Shown here piece after piece: positions 1 to 13,323 of a DNA stretch of 64,000 nt. This stretch comes from Eledone cirrhosa (taxonomy: Eukaryota): the NCBI GenBank assembly GCA_964016885.1, contig OZ024742.1, positions 115,444,001 to 115,508,000 of the forward strand. The letters are read 5' to 3'. The translations under genes and the position numbers were made by a program. How positions within the stretch are numbered: position 1 is the first letter of the stretch; each line of letters begins with the position of its first letter. The notes under the pieces were generated by a model. It ran no database searches and had not been told where the DNA came from. It worked only from the letters and a program-made list of their open reading frames with translations.

Positions 1-91
1 TCGGCGGGATTTGAACTCAGAATGGCACGGACCGTAACTCTATGCGTCAAAGCAAGGCGTCCGACCCTCTACCGATACTGCCAATCAACCG
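1..91 (-). mobile_element. tRNA-derived SINE, 5' half (cut by window edge)
   Basis: Reverse complement contains A box TGGCAGTATCGG and B box GAGTTCAAATCCC; matches other copies in the window. Confidence 0.9.
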
Positions 92-152
92 AAAAAGAAC
101 ACAATAATGTCTACACTTTAACAGAAAAGAGTTGAGATGCCTACTGATTCGT

Positions 153-192
153 TACACACACACACACACGCACGCACACACACACACACCCC

Positions 193-288
<96 letters not shown>

Positions 289-291
289 TAT
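153..291. repeat. Compound (CA)n/(TA)n microsatellite
   Basis: Seen directly. Confidence 0.95.
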
Positions 292-2090
292 GAAATTACT
301 TGATCATTTATTCATGTATTCACCATCTAATATCAGACTGTAACATAATTTCCAATCCACTGGCTAGCTAGATGTTTAATGTACTAAACTTGCACTGATA
401 CAAACAAAAAGATACATCACCCAAATACCACGTAAATCAAAATGTATAATGTTAACGACCGAATTTTAGAATTGTTATTGTACTACTAACTATACTGTCG
501 CAAAGTTATAGTACCAGACGGACATAACGGAAAAGATTCTATTTATATGCTAAAGATCAATTGCAATTAAGTTATTAAGCCATGTTTATATTCATATCAT
601 GTTACTCAGTTAGTTACCAACGTGACTCTACACCTTCAGATCATTGCTTGTTATGCTAAAATTAGCAAAAACTCCCTCAAATAAAAATTTGCACTTTTAA
701 AAACGGCTTCAAAACCCTTCAGATTTAAACAATATATTTCATCATAATATTGCTCAATCAGACCCACAGTATTCAACAAACTTGAATAAATATTGGTTTA
801 ATGACAGTTGTGTAATCTCGAATATTCTGTGAATGCTAGCAAGCAAAATATATTTGGTCATTGTGCTTAATTCTAATTTCTGCGTCACGAAATTGAAATT
901 TCTATTTACTATATACCATATATCAAGCGGGTAAATTGAGGGAGTAGTTATTATGGTTAGGGTTAACACGTAAGCCCTTTGACATTCCACTTCTGCGTTC
1001 TCAGACAGTTCATATACTGTCAACTGGTTATTTCAATAGCTTCGGCGTTTATAAATACGATGCAAGTCGAATATTTGTGTCGCTGTTCTTATATCTCCCG
1101 GGTCCTCCCTGCAGACTTTGTGTATTTTTATTTATTGGAAAATTAAAGGAAATCATAAAAGCAATTGCTGACCATAAACGGTGAAGGAGAGTCTCCCTCA
1201 AATTTCAAACGATCTTGACACGCCATGGTATAGAAGGGGAACTCACAAGAAAGGGGGATAAGATATATATATATATATATATAATCTTTATAGATTAAAA
1301 GGAAATGTGTTACAATTAAATTAAATTTTAATTAACACTGGTTAAGATATATAACAATAAAACCTGATTGATGAAATGATATAAAATAACCAGATATACA
1401 AAACAGTATATGACATTCATGATTTCGATAAATTTAATTTGTCAGCACAGAAAGTAATTCATGAACGTTTTCAATTGAATAATTGTTTATTGCAATTCTT
1501 TATTTTATATCTGCTTTTATGATTTCATTTAATTTTCGAATAAACACAAAACAAAAAATGTAAACGAGGAAAAGAAAGTGAAAACTAAAAAGAAAATAAA
1601 CCAAATAAATTTGGTAACTTCAGTAAATCAACATTGCTTTCCAGAATAGGTTAATTAATAATTTCTTTCTATATTGCTGTTTGTTTCTGTCGTTTGTTTT
1701 AGTGAATGGGTCAGTGACCCGTATAGATTTCATTGGCAATTAATGAAAAAGATTCTAAACATCATACCCGCAAAAAAGCGACATAATCTGCCAGTCATAT
1801 GTGTCAATCATCTAGAGTGGCTAAAAGATGTAATAAGTGTTTATGTGTTTGCGATAGTGTTTGTCTTTCTAAATGTGCATGCGTTTATGCATGTGATTCT
1901 GTTGAATTTTGTTCTATTATATATATTTTTTCTATTTTGTAAATCTTGTGGTATTTGTTTGTATATTGTTCTTAAAGTTGATGATAAAAAAAATGGAAGT
2001 CGGAACAATAAACGTAAACCCTGACAAGTGAAAAGTTTTAACATCATACAAATAGCAGAAAGAATAGCAATATAAAAACTCGTTTGCTGT

Positions 2091-2104
2091 GTTGCCATGG
2101 TGAT
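2091..2104. promoter_or_regulatory. Candidate RFX X-box (GTTGCCATGGTGAT)
   Basis: One perfect half-site GTTGCC-AT and an imperfect second half versus consensus GTTGCCATGGCAAC; lies in non-repetitive DNA. No linked gene established. Confidence 0.2.
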
Positions 2105-2635
2105 GCTGGATCATCTTTGATGTTGATTGCTTTCTGTCATGACACACAATGACAAGCAGTTTTAATTTTCTCTGCGAATTCTGCAATATTGTTTTGTTGT
2201 TCATGTATTCAGTGTTGATCAAATCACCATTATCATCATCGTCAGCAGTAGCAATAATCAGAAATAATAACAATATTAAGAACAATAACAACGACAACAC
2301 AGTTCTATTTCTTCAGCAGTTTCAATAATTTTATCACTTCCGAGATCAAATGAATAACTTTAGCTATTTCTGGTTTTTCATAATTTGCACTCGACAGATT
2401 TCTATTTAACATTGTCAGTTATGTGAAATGCCACGACGCCGAAAATATTTTTCTCTAAGCAAGTTTTATAATTGAATTAAGGTTGATGATCAGAATAATT
2501 TGCTAGTTAACATTGTAGCCAAATAATGTTATAAATGTTTCCTCAGTAACGATCAGTTTACTTCTGTTAATCACTTCAGATAGTGGTTTGAGGAGCAAAA
2601 GGAATGAGCAATGTGTGAAAATCAACACAGTTTAA

Positions 2636-2636
<1 letters not shown>

Positions 2637-2707
<71 letters not shown>

Positions 2708-2775
2708 GGGTGTGTGAGTGTGTGCGTGTGTGTGTGTGCTATACGTGTGTGTGTGTGTGTGTGTGTGAGTGTGTG
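2637..2775. repeat. (CA)n-(TA)n-(GT)n compound microsatellite
   Basis: Seen directly; similar arrays at 3283-3378 and 5490-5630. Confidence 0.95.
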
Positions 2776-3341
2776 CATTTGAATTTAAAGCAGTTATTAC
2801 TCAATACAATAACCAATGCTCATTTCCAATATATAGTTTTTCAAAATCGTAATAATTGAACATTATATACTCATGCAGCAGCACGAAGTTTCGTAATTTC
2901 CCACCACATCAGATAATGTCCAAAATATTCTATGATGCCATATGTGTAAATATAAATTTGACATAATTTTGAAAGCTGTAAGCATGTGGTATCAATGCTT
3001 GTTGTGATGTTGTTTTCTGTTAACAGAATGTGCAACTATGATCCGGCAGAATTTGAAATGTCTGCAAGCTAGCAATGTCTTTTCTCTCAATCTGTTGCAT
3101 ATTGCTTATACGAAGGCATCTGCTACATATTTAAAAATTAAGTGAACTTAGTGTCCGCAGCTAGAGCGCACTTTTCTTAAAATAATAATGCGCGAATAAG
3201 TCAGCCATATAAATAACTAGGGACGAACGAACACTGGAGAGTTTCACACATAGTTAACGTTTGCTTCGTTTCTCCGTCTTGAGACACACACACACACGCA
3301 CACAGACACACACACGCACACACACACACACACACGCATAC

Positions 3342-3379
<38 letters not shown>

Positions 3380-3475
3380 GATGTTTCGTCCTAAACATGC
3401 ATGTCCTTGCCTAAACATATTGCAATCAGGACTACCCATAGTTGTTTCAGTAATTGATTAAATTATATTAAACAA

Positions 3476-3668
3476 TTGGTGGATTCTGCAGTATCGGTAG
3501 AGGGTCGGATGCCATGCTTTTACGCATTGAGCTTCGGCCCTTGCCATTCTGCGTTCAAATCCCGCTGAGGTTAACTTTGCCTTTCATATTTACCGGGTCG
3601 ATAAAATAAAGTACCAGTAATAAACTGGATAATTTGCAGGCTTTGTGCCAAAAGTAAAAATAATTATT
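3476..3668 (+). mobile_element. tRNA-derived SINE with 14-bp TSD
   Basis: B box GTTCAAATCCC, central CTTTGCCTTTCAT..GGGTCGATAAAATAAAGTACCAGT; TSD attatattaaacaa / attattttaaacaa. Confidence 0.9.
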
Positions 3669-5079
3669 TTAAACAACTTGTTGAGTAAATATTGAAATGA
3701 GATGTTGCTAGTATTCCTAGATGATTGCACAAAATATATGCATCTTAATTGAGCTTAAAGGCAATCAAATGATTCAACATCATAGGACATGTCCCCAACC
3801 TTCCACTGTAGAAAAAAGTATACTTTGTACATTTTCCGAATTTTATTAAATCACTCCCAATGAAGTTGACATTTTCAATGGATGCAAATGAGTTTCGAAC
3901 ATCATTTCAGCGTAATTGAGTAACACATATATCAAGAAAAAATAACGGAGCCAAATGATGAAATATATAAAACTTTTGACATCTTAAATATGATGTCTTC
4001 TGTCACATAATATATTCTGTCATATTCTCCATTGCTCTATGTGCATCACAATCTTTATTAACTCCTCAGCACTTTTCTGAATTATTTCTTCTATATATTT
4101 AATAAGGATGCTGACTTTTATTATGGGATTTGCCAAGTCTGAGTTGATAAATATCATGCAATTATCCAGAGCTACCATAAATTTAAATAAAATGTATTTA
4201 TTAAAAGTAATGCCCTATAGCATTGCAGTTAGGATTTCTCTCTCTTTTGTCCTTCATCATATGCCATACATGGCATAATATAAGGTGAGTTAATGTGGTT
4301 ACTAAATAATTGAATCTATTTAAATTTTACACAATGCATTTTACACAATAGTAATGATCTGGTTATATTAATGCTTGCAACAGTGTTATTGTTAAGTTAA
4401 ACCTCAGATATGAACAATCATGGTATCTGCAAAACTTCATCCCATTCATGAAGATACAATGTCAATGCTATATATTTTTCAATCTAATACTCTACTAACA
4501 ATATGATATTTAACCACAAAAACATCAACACGTATGAGTTTGAGAGCACTAACTGGATAGTGGGTGGTTGCTTCTAGTAGAGGCCACTCTGTTGCAGCAT
4601 TAACACAGCTCCATAGTTTGGTTAGGTCTTCCTACCTCTCACTTAATAAACCTCGGGATTCTATGAAGAATCAATAGGCTCGTCCAGCAATTTCATTTAC
4701 GCCCTCTGACCATAACTGTTTCTCATAGATATTTCAAATTATTTAACAATATCTACTGATTGACTATGATATACTCTACGATGGTAACCAGTAGAAATGT
4801 TGTAATTAACAGGTATACATTTTGTAATTAATACAGAATAATTTTGTTCCGACACAAATAATTCGTAAATAATTTATAATAGACTTTAATAATCTTCAAT
4901 AAATTCGGAATTTCAAAAGAAATAGAATTTAAATCTCAAATAAATATCGATATCTAAAGCTGGAGAAGTGGGTATACTACAAATGCTTCTGTACTGCACT
5001 AAATGACTGTGTATCTCTAATAAATGTTGACTTCAAAATCTGTAGTAGATAGTTAAATATAAGAAGTCACATTATTTAT

Positions 5080-5261
5080 TTGACAGTATCGGTAGAGGGT
5101 CAGACGACATGCTTTGACGCATAGAGTTACGGCCCTTGCCATTCTGAGTTCAAATCCCGCCGATGTTAACTATGCATTTCATCCTTACGGGGTCGATAAC
5201 ATAAAGTACTAGAAATTCACTGGGTAATTGTGGTTTTGTGCCAACAGTAGAAACAATTATT
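5080..5261 (+). mobile_element. tRNA-derived SINE
   Basis: Near full-length match to family consensus, ends GAAACAATTATT. Confidence 0.9.
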
Positions 5262-5925
5262 TACTACTACTCTCGAGAGGGATTGAATGGTTGATTTATA
5301 TGAACATAAATAAATTTGATATCAAATCATAAAAACAATTAAATATTTGAACAATTCTTTCAATTCACTAGTTTGTTCAAGAGAAGTTTATGTTGCTACG
5401 TTTGTGCTTTACATTCATTAACTATACGGTTTTGAAAACATTGTAACAACTGTGTGTCGCAATATTTGTTTCAGCTTCTTCTAATACTTCTATATATATG
5501 TGTGTCTGAGTGTGTATGTGCATGTATGTGTATGTGTGTGTATGTGTGCGTGCGTGTGTGTGTGTGTGTGTATGTGTGCGTATATGTGTGTGTGTGTGCA
5601 TATGTGTATATGCATGTGTGTGTGTGTGCGTTTACAAAAGTCATAGTGAATTAATAATACATTAGTATTACTGTAAGGATAATTTAAAGCTCAATATGAT
5701 TTTATAACAACAGTAAGATAGTTAATAAACAGTCCAAAATATAATCTAATGGGTAAATTTCCAATCTCAATATTGTTATAATTACACAGAGCATAAAATG
5801 AAATAATCGAAAGTTTAGACAATGATTGTTATTAGATTTACGAATGCTTCTCTAGAATAACATGACTGAATGGTTCATTCCTGCAATATTTGCTCCGCGG
5901 AATCAATCAAATAATAATAACTTAC

Positions 5926-5943
5926 CTTATGTGTTTTCAAGTC
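5926..5943 (-). CDS. Candidate 18-nt microexon (DLKTHK if phase 0)
   Basis: Minus strand ttcctttttaccaactag|GACTTGAAAACACATAAG|gtaagt: good acceptor, consensus donor, length a multiple of 3. No expression evidence. Confidence 0.3.
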
Positions 5944-6049
5944 CTAGTTGGTAAAAAGGAAGCAAATATGTAAATAAGTACGTTAGAAATTTCGCAAGGA
6001 GATAAAAATTAAGGATGCCTAAAATGTTAATCAAAATATATAAATTATA

Positions 6050-6850
6050 CCATATTTGCTGTTAGTAATTATATATATTTCACTAGCTATAATATATCGT
6101 TAAAGTATAACATACTAAATAAGACCTCTATATATACTAATGGTAATTAGGAGTCTATTATCACTTCGTAAGTGAAGTTATAAAAATATTATTAGAATAC
6201 ACTAAAAGAACGTTAAAATATATGGAAGTAATAAATATAACTATAATTCAAATAAAGTTTGGTGACTAAGAAATTTCAATAACTAACCTTTAACAATATA
6301 GAGGAGATGGACTGCTATAAGAATAAGACTGAGAACATAACATAGATGGGTTACTATTATATGATATGTGTAAAAGAAAGAATGAAATATTCTAAGAGGA
6401 CAAGAAAGTATTATTTTAATTTTCGAATTGAGAAGAAGAATTTTGAAATAAATATTTCAAGCGGTTTGTTCAAAGAAACATTTAAATTATTTCCTAACCC
6501 TCCACGAGGTTTTGCAGGATTAATAATATCCAATTTAAAAGAACATTTATGGTACCCCTTTTTAAATGGCATTTAATTTAGCTAAGCGATTATTTATTTA
6601 TTTTTCACTGCTAAACAAATGTAAATGATGGATATAAATGGGTTTAATAATTATTTGCAGTTGCTCCACTTTAACTGTAAGGGATATTATGCGTTGATAT
6701 TTCACAGGTGTATATATCATTATTACTAAATCATCACAAGAAAGGGGCCCTATAATTGGTTATAGATATTGGAGTGTTAGTATGTGTTGGCCTTTTTAAT
6801 GTATTATTTTAGTTTGATAAATTAGTATAAATACTAGGCATCATTAGATT
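6050..6850 (-). mobile_element. Highly decayed Penelope-like GIY-YIG relic
   Basis: Minus-strand fragments (..NDIYTCEIS..SGATAN..LAKL..FKLDIINPAKP) loosely parallel the GIY-YIG domains at 13.9 and 15.4 kb. Confidence 0.35.
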
Positions 6851-6859
6851 GTTCATCAT

Positions 6860-6994
6860 ACGGTCCTTGCCATTCTGAGTTCAAATCCCAGCGAGGTTAA
6901 CTTTGCCTTTCATGCTTACAGGGTCGATAAAATAAAGTACGAGTAATGCACTGGGTAATTGCTGGCCTTGTGCCAAACGTAGAAACAATTATTA
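6860..6994 (+). mobile_element. 5'-truncated SINE
   Basis: B box through (ATT) tail match. Confidence 0.9.
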
Positions 6995-7332
6995 GTATCA
7001 GCATTACAATGAAAAGTATTATGTGAAACTATGGGACACTTTGAACAGACGAAGTTTCGTTTTTATGTGTTTATGATTTTATTGATTATTACCGTGTTAC
7101 AAGCGTTTCGCAGTAAATTGTTTTCGAAGTCATAGAGATTATGGACACGCCTCAAGTATCGATCTACTTATCAGACTCTTCATTTAACAAAACAATAAGG
7201 AATTTGGCGATTGGTAAAATGTTAGGTATGTACAAACACGAAACCTATTTTTTTTTGTGGATTTAGGTCTGTTATAAGTGTTTCAGTACGAAGGCATGCC
7301 AACTTCTCGCTCTCTCCCTCTCTCACTCTCTT

Positions 7333-7360
7333 TATATATATATGTATATAATATATATAT

Positions 7361-7434
<74 letters not shown>

Positions 7435-7443
7435 TATATATAT

Positions 7444-7478
<35 letters not shown>
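7333..7478. repeat. (TA)n microsatellite
   Basis: Seen directly; further long (TA)n at 10827-10898, 12477-12591, 21733-21784, 23022-23051, 26275-26384, 26584-26658, 27226-27274, 31937-32042. Confidence 0.95.
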
Positions 7479-7479
7479 T

Positions 7480-10400
7480 TCCTTTTTGAATTTGTTTAGC
7501 AAGATTCTTTATCTGAAAACCTGTGTTGAAACCGATATTGTTATACTTTGGGAGGGTCATGTTGCCAATAAGAAACACGCACCAGATGCTTTTACTTCAA
7601 TTTATCATAATAAATTTATAAATTTAGGAGTTTATAAGTTTCCGGTTGGTTGGTTGGTTCCACAACCAGATGTATTTTTTATATATTGTCAAAGTTCTTT
7701 CGTCACACATTCTAGACCTATTTTTGTGCCCCTCCTCTGTTCTGTCCTACGCCATCTTGTTTCTGTTTGTGTCTTGTATGCTCAGCCTGCACATGCGCCA
7801 CGTCCGGGTGTCTGTGTGTGTTTATATTCGTTTATTTATTTGTTTATTTACATGTTACTGGTTGGTTGTTTGTTCTATGTGCGTGTGTGGCTTCATTTTG
7901 TCCTTAATTGTAAGTTGTGATGTTGCTGTTCCACTCATATTTTCTATTTAATTTTGGTTGTAATTATCTCATGTTTCTTGCCTCTGTAATTTGTCTAAAC
8001 ATTGCGTCTTTTCTGTGTGTAGATTCTATTTTTATTTCTATGTTCTCTAATTTACCCTTATGTTCTATTTTAGCATGTTGGTAGAGTACAGTTGATTCTT
8101 TACTATCTTGAAGGTCTCGCCAGTGTTCATTTATCCGTTCCCCTAAAATACGAGCTGTCTCACCTATGTACACTATATTTTTATCTCTACATTGTCCTTC
8201 AGTACATCTCATGCTATATACTACATTTCTAGTTTTACAGTTAATATGGAGGATTAATTTACAGGTTATACATTTCTTATCTATACATGAGGGTCTTTGA
8301 AAAAGGTTATGTCTTGCTAATAAGTGTTTTTATGGAGGTACCTGGTGTTTCTACTATCTTAATATTGAGTTTATGTTTATCTAGGGCCCTTCTAAATGTG
8401 TAAGCTAATTCACCTCTAGGGGTTGTATCGATGAACATTACACTCTGGTATGTATTGCTATCATACCATGAGTATTCTATTAGCCTTATTCCTAGTTCTT
8501 TCTATTCTATTCCAAAATGTGCTCCTATATAAGGGGCAGGTCCCATTTGTGTCATTATTTACCATTTTTTCCCATTTGGTTCTGGCTCATCTATACACTC
8601 TGATTTTAACCAGAGAACTGCATACGGTGTATGAAGTGTTGTATGTGTCTCTCTAGTTTTTCTGGGTTGCACATGCGGGACACGTTTCTCATCACCCGTA
8701 CCAAATCCGCAATCAGTATGTTGATTTTTGTATGGTCTGAAACAGCTAAGTTTCGGTGGATCTGATATTTGGAAGTCATGGGTTTGGCATAATGGGAATG
8801 GAGGATTTGTTTATTTGTTATTAATGGTATCTAACCAGAGCTCTGTGTCTAGTACATGTAATCGATGGTTGGGGTGTTTGCTTGGGTAGTCTATAGTAAC
8901 TCTAATACTCTGGTGGATGGAGTTAGCTATTTGTCGGATGCTTTCACTTGTGTTTTTCCCTAATTCCTGACTGTTCCCTAGTGGGGGTGTTTTAACTACG
9001 ATGTTTATATCATCAACGTAGCGGGAGTACATTATCAGGGATAAGGGGTCTCCCAATTGTTCTTTAAGTTTAAGTTTAAGTCTACTGTCCCACCATACCA
9101 AGAATAAGTTAGCTATGTCACCTGCAATGCTAACACCAATGGCTGTTCCCTCCTCTTGGGAATATGTTTTTCCATTAAATTTGAAGATATGTTCCTTAAG
9201 GGTTAATTTTATGCTGGCCCCCACCGCATGTGCAATCATTTTCTTTAGTTCATCGTGGTTTTCGGAGGTCCGTATGGCTCTGGTCCACCCGTTCCATCTA
9301 TATGTGTGGGTTTTCTTGGCCATTCAGGTAATGGTAGGTGGTCTGCCTCTTGCTGGTCTTGTAGGGCACAGATTGCTAAGGTCATATGTGTCTAGATAAT
9401 TATTACTATAGGTAAGTTTAAGTAGGAGTCCCAGCTCACTGGTATCAATCCCACGGAACTCAACCTTGCTCTCACTGATCATTTCTACGCATTTCTCCAC
9501 AGCAAAATCCTCGTCAATAAATGGAAACAGGGACACAACATCCATACTATCTATTATGCAGTTTGTTAGGTCCCTAGCTCGGTTACTCTCGCCGATTCTG
9601 CTGAGGTGGTCCTCCGTGCTGTCACATACATCTGGGGACATTTCAATGATGGGGCGTATGATCAGGGAGAGAAAGTAGGACAGTCTGTAGTTACTAGCAA
9701 TGTTAGCTCCACAGACTGGCCGTGTTGGTGGTCCCGTGACAGGGTCACTGCCCGTTTTATAGTATTTTCGAAGCCCATACAACACTGGCACGTTATTGTT
9801 CCAGGCCTGGAAGTTGTTGGCAGTCCTTTTGTTGGGCTGTATTATATTTTTCCACATCACCATATGGGCATTGAGGGCTTTTTCTGTATCCTCATGCTCT
9901 TGTGGTGTTACTTCTCTTGTGTTAGTGATGTGGGGTTGCATTGCCTGGATGTAGTTTGGCAGACTGTCAACCGACATTCTGCCAGACTTGTCTGTTGGAA
10001 AGCATGCTATCTCTCCATTACGCGAGCGGTGCATGAGCTTACGCAAGCCATTTGCAGATTTTTCTCCCAGTTACTGGGCCTCCATTCTATTATGCTTCTT
10101 GCTATATTGTTCTATAATATTTCTAAGTTTAGATCTAGCTACACTAAATTGTGCTTTTGTTTGTTCATCGACCTGCGACGGCAATTGCGTGCGTTTGTTA
10201 AAAGCTAAAGACGTGGCGTGGACTCGTCGCAGGTCGAACGAGTTATCGGAGGGATTATAAAACGTAGAGTTCCAGGCTGCTGCTTTATGTGTACTAGTGA
10301 TATTGTTATTGTTAGTTGTGTTGTTTCTATTTCTATTTCCACCAACAGCCTCATGGTTGTTTATATGTCTCTCATTATTACTCATGTTTCTTTCCTCTGG

Positions 10401-10825
10401 CTCATTGTTATTATCTACTCTATTTTGTGTATCTGTGTGTCTGTCTTGGTTATTTTGTATGTCCATAGTCTCGCTTCTCGTTTCAATCCTATTACATTCT
10501 CTTATTTCTGTGCTACTGTCATTGCCTGTTTTCTGTGTCTGTGTGTTTGTTAAGATTGTGGTGGTGGTGAGAGGCATTGAATGTGTGTGTATTGTTCTTG
10601 TTGTTGTTGTTGTTGTTGTTGATGTGTGCTGTTGTTGATGTGTATTGTTGTTGTTGTCTCCGTGTATGTTATTATTGTTGTGTGTGTTGTTATTGTTGTT
10701 TGTGTCTGCGTGTATGTTGTTTGTGTTTCTGAGTATGTTATTATTGTTGATGTGCGTGATGTTGTTATTGTTGTTTGTGTCTGTGTGTATGTTGTTGTTG
10801 GGATGTGTGTTGCATATGTGTGCAA

Positions 10826-10826
<1 letters not shown>
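7480..10826 (-). mobile_element. Penelope-like retroelement (Neptune-like), near full length, disrupted
   Basis: PTDKSG, P.LYGLRK, RPV, DVVSLFP, EEGTAIG, RYVDD RT motifs (8811-10046); C-terminal GIY-YIG VYSMRC..YIGETAR..ERINEH (7964-8240); terminal repeat region 7534-7990 also present at 23050-23545; flanked by (TA)n. Confidence 0.9.
8811..10046 (-). pseudogene. Penelope-type reverse transcriptase (interrupted)
   Basis: ORFs 9324..10046 and 8811..9323 are in frame and separated by one TGA; RT motifs including YVDD. Confidence 0.85.
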
Positions 10827-10899
<73 letters not shown>

Positions 10900-10900
<1 letters not shown>

Positions 10901-12420
10901 GTCGAGGGTCTTATTGTTGTAATAATATTGCCAGAATTAATAACAGAACCCACTCACTGTTTGGTTGGTTTTCGCTTCTTTATCTTTCATATCAGTTAAT
11001 TTATTCGGTTCTCAATGTTTACCATTGACTGACCAACGGTCAAAATACAGATATAATATAGATATAAACACATATATATAGTCTAACAAAGTTATTTCGT
11101 TGCATATCTGCAACACGCCCCTGGTGCTATTATGTTTCCTCCTGTTGTATTGTATGTCTACGCCATCATTATTTAATCTGTTTATTTATTTATTTATTTT
11201 TATCTTCTTCTCTGTGCATGCGTGTGCGTGTGTGTATAGTGTAGGGTGTGTGTTCGCGTTTGGATGACTGTGTTTTGGTTATTGTATTCTATCTTAGTTT
11301 ACTAGTGTGTGTTTATATGTTTGTTGTTATTGTGCTTGTGTATATATTTATTTATTTATATTTCTCTTAGGTCAGTATTGTTTGTTTGGGTGTTGTTATT
11401 CCATTCATTTTTTTCTGTTTAGCTTTGGCCTTCTAAGTTCTATTTCACTTGCTTTTCTGATTTGCCTATCTGCTGGGTCATTTCTATGTTTAGATATTAT
11501 TTTAAGTTATATGTTGTCTATTTTACCTGGCGTGTTCGTATAGTACTGAACCGCCTTTTCGTCCTTCCAGTTCCTCCCAGTTTTGGTCTATCCTTTCACC
11601 TATGATACGGGCTGTCTCGCCTATGTATGTTGTTGTCGTGTTTCTACAAGTACCCGCTGTACATCCAATGCTATAGACTATGTTTCTAGTTTTACAGTTT
11701 ATCCGGAGATTTACTTTACATATAATACATTTCCTATTAGTAGAGTGGGTTTTCTTAAAAGCGTCCGTTTTGATAGTCATGAATTTTATGGTAGTTCATA
11801 GCTTTTCTAGCACCATAAACTTTAAGTGGGTATTTCTCAGGGCCTTTATTCACTGGTTACCTAATTTCCCTCCAGGGGTAGCGTCCACGAACATGACACT
11901 CTTGTATCTCTGGTTGTCGTACCATGAGCTGGCTTTCCTTATCTTATGTGTAGTCCTACCTAAGCTAATCCATCATATGATCCTGTATAATAGGCAAATC
12001 CGTTGCATGTCCAGTTCTATGAGGGTCTTATACTTCTCCGTGGCTCCTTCGTATACTCTGATTCTGTCTCTTTGGTTGTAGCCAGAGAACTGGATGCGGT
12101 TGACGAAGTGTTGGATGTTTCTTTCTATTTCTGTTGGGCCGCACATGCGGGATACGTTCTTCATCACTTGTACCAAGTCTGCGAAAAGAATATTGAACTT
12201 AGCACTACTAGACATTGCTGAGTTTTTGAGTATCAGGTATTTGGAGGCCATGGGTGTATCGTAGTGTGAGTGGAGAATTTGGGCCCTCTAGTCTATAGTG
12301 TTAATCCAGAGGTCTGTGTCTAATACAGATAGTCTACTGTTAGGGTTTTTGGAAGTCTATAGTTACAGTTATACTCTGGTGTATGGAATTAGCTATCTGC
12401 TGGATGCTTTCCATTGTGCT
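10900..12420 (-). mobile_element. Second, 5'-truncated Penelope-like element of a related family
   Basis: ORFs 11973..12251 (thumb, SGYNQRDRIRV) and 11523..11780 (CIICK..NCKTRNIVYSIGC..YIGETAR) homologous to the 7.5-10.8 kb element. Confidence 0.85.
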
Positions 12421-12507
12421 ACATTCTAAATCATACATGTTAGTAATCTGCACTCACACAACGCAAAAACGTCGCAATATATATATATATGAATATATAT
12501 ATATATA

Positions 12508-12594
<87 letters not shown>

Positions 12595-12641
12595 AATGAA
12601 TAACAGCAGGTAAATATCATAAAAAGGTAATTTATTCCGTG

Positions 12642-12753
12642 TGCTTACAAATGTTTCCACGGTGGTTATACAGCCTAGTTATGCTATGTGTAAATGTATA
12701 ACTATTTGCAAAACTCAATTATCTAATGCTGTTACCACTGTTTCCTCAGAGCA
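12642..12753 (-). ncRNA. Type I hammerhead ribozyme motif with long stem II
   Basis: Minus strand ugcu-CUGAGGA-aacaguggu..accaccgug-GAAA-cauuug-UA-agca; intact core, 4-bp stem I, GUA cleavage triplet. Confidence 0.7.
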
Positions 12754-13323
12754 GAATGGTTAAAATGTAAAATGTAAATACCCTTAAGGGAATTTATTGC
12801 GGAAGATAGAATAGGAAAGGGAGAGATAAAGAAGGGGAGAGGGAGAGAGAGATAGATATGCAGGGGTTGGAGAAATGGGATAGAGTAGTTTGTAGAATAC
12901 AGATATATTAATCAAAATGTTGTGGTAGCGGTTTTATTATACTGGTTACTCTCAAAGCGACAACCTTAAGCGATGCGTTGATAGTTAAGGTTGGAATTAT
13001 TTATTGCCACAGAGGGCAGGTTCATAGATGTGGACAGAGGGCGAGAGAGAGAGTAGAGTAAGAGAGTGGAATGGAAAGAGAGAGGAAGAAATAGAGATAG
13101 AGAGGGGACAGACGAAAGCTATGTGATGTGTGTACATTGAGTTCATAGTTGTAAGATACAAATTGCACTTAAGTATCCATTTATAGTGATAAGCAGGGTA
13201 TTGTCTTGTAGTGTGGAGGATATAGTTAAGAGGTTGTTATCGAGAGAAAGTAGTTAGCGAGAAAGCAATGTTATAGTTACGGGTTCGAATGTTAATTTAT
13301 TTTATACTGAGAGAGTTTAGCCT

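Noticed and set aside
137-343. ORFs rich in YI, HT or VC repeats (also 2611, 3201, 5454, 7222, 10626, 12383, 26120, 31739, 58185)
   Set aside because: Translations of (TA)n, (CA)n and (GA)n microsatellites.
955-966. ggttagggtta telomere-like sequence
   Set aside because: Under two units; expected by chance.
1932-2300. ORF with a signal-peptide-like start (MLSLLLFLILLLFLIIATADDDD)
   Set aside because: Non-ATG start; the hydrophobic and acidic runs come from (TTA/TTG) and (GAT) low-complexity sequence.
2880-2916. Hammerhead-like CUGAUGU..GAAAcuucGUG; half motifs cgaaacttcgtc at about 7048 and 27541
   Set aside because: Core mismatches, no stem I, or no CUGANGA partner.
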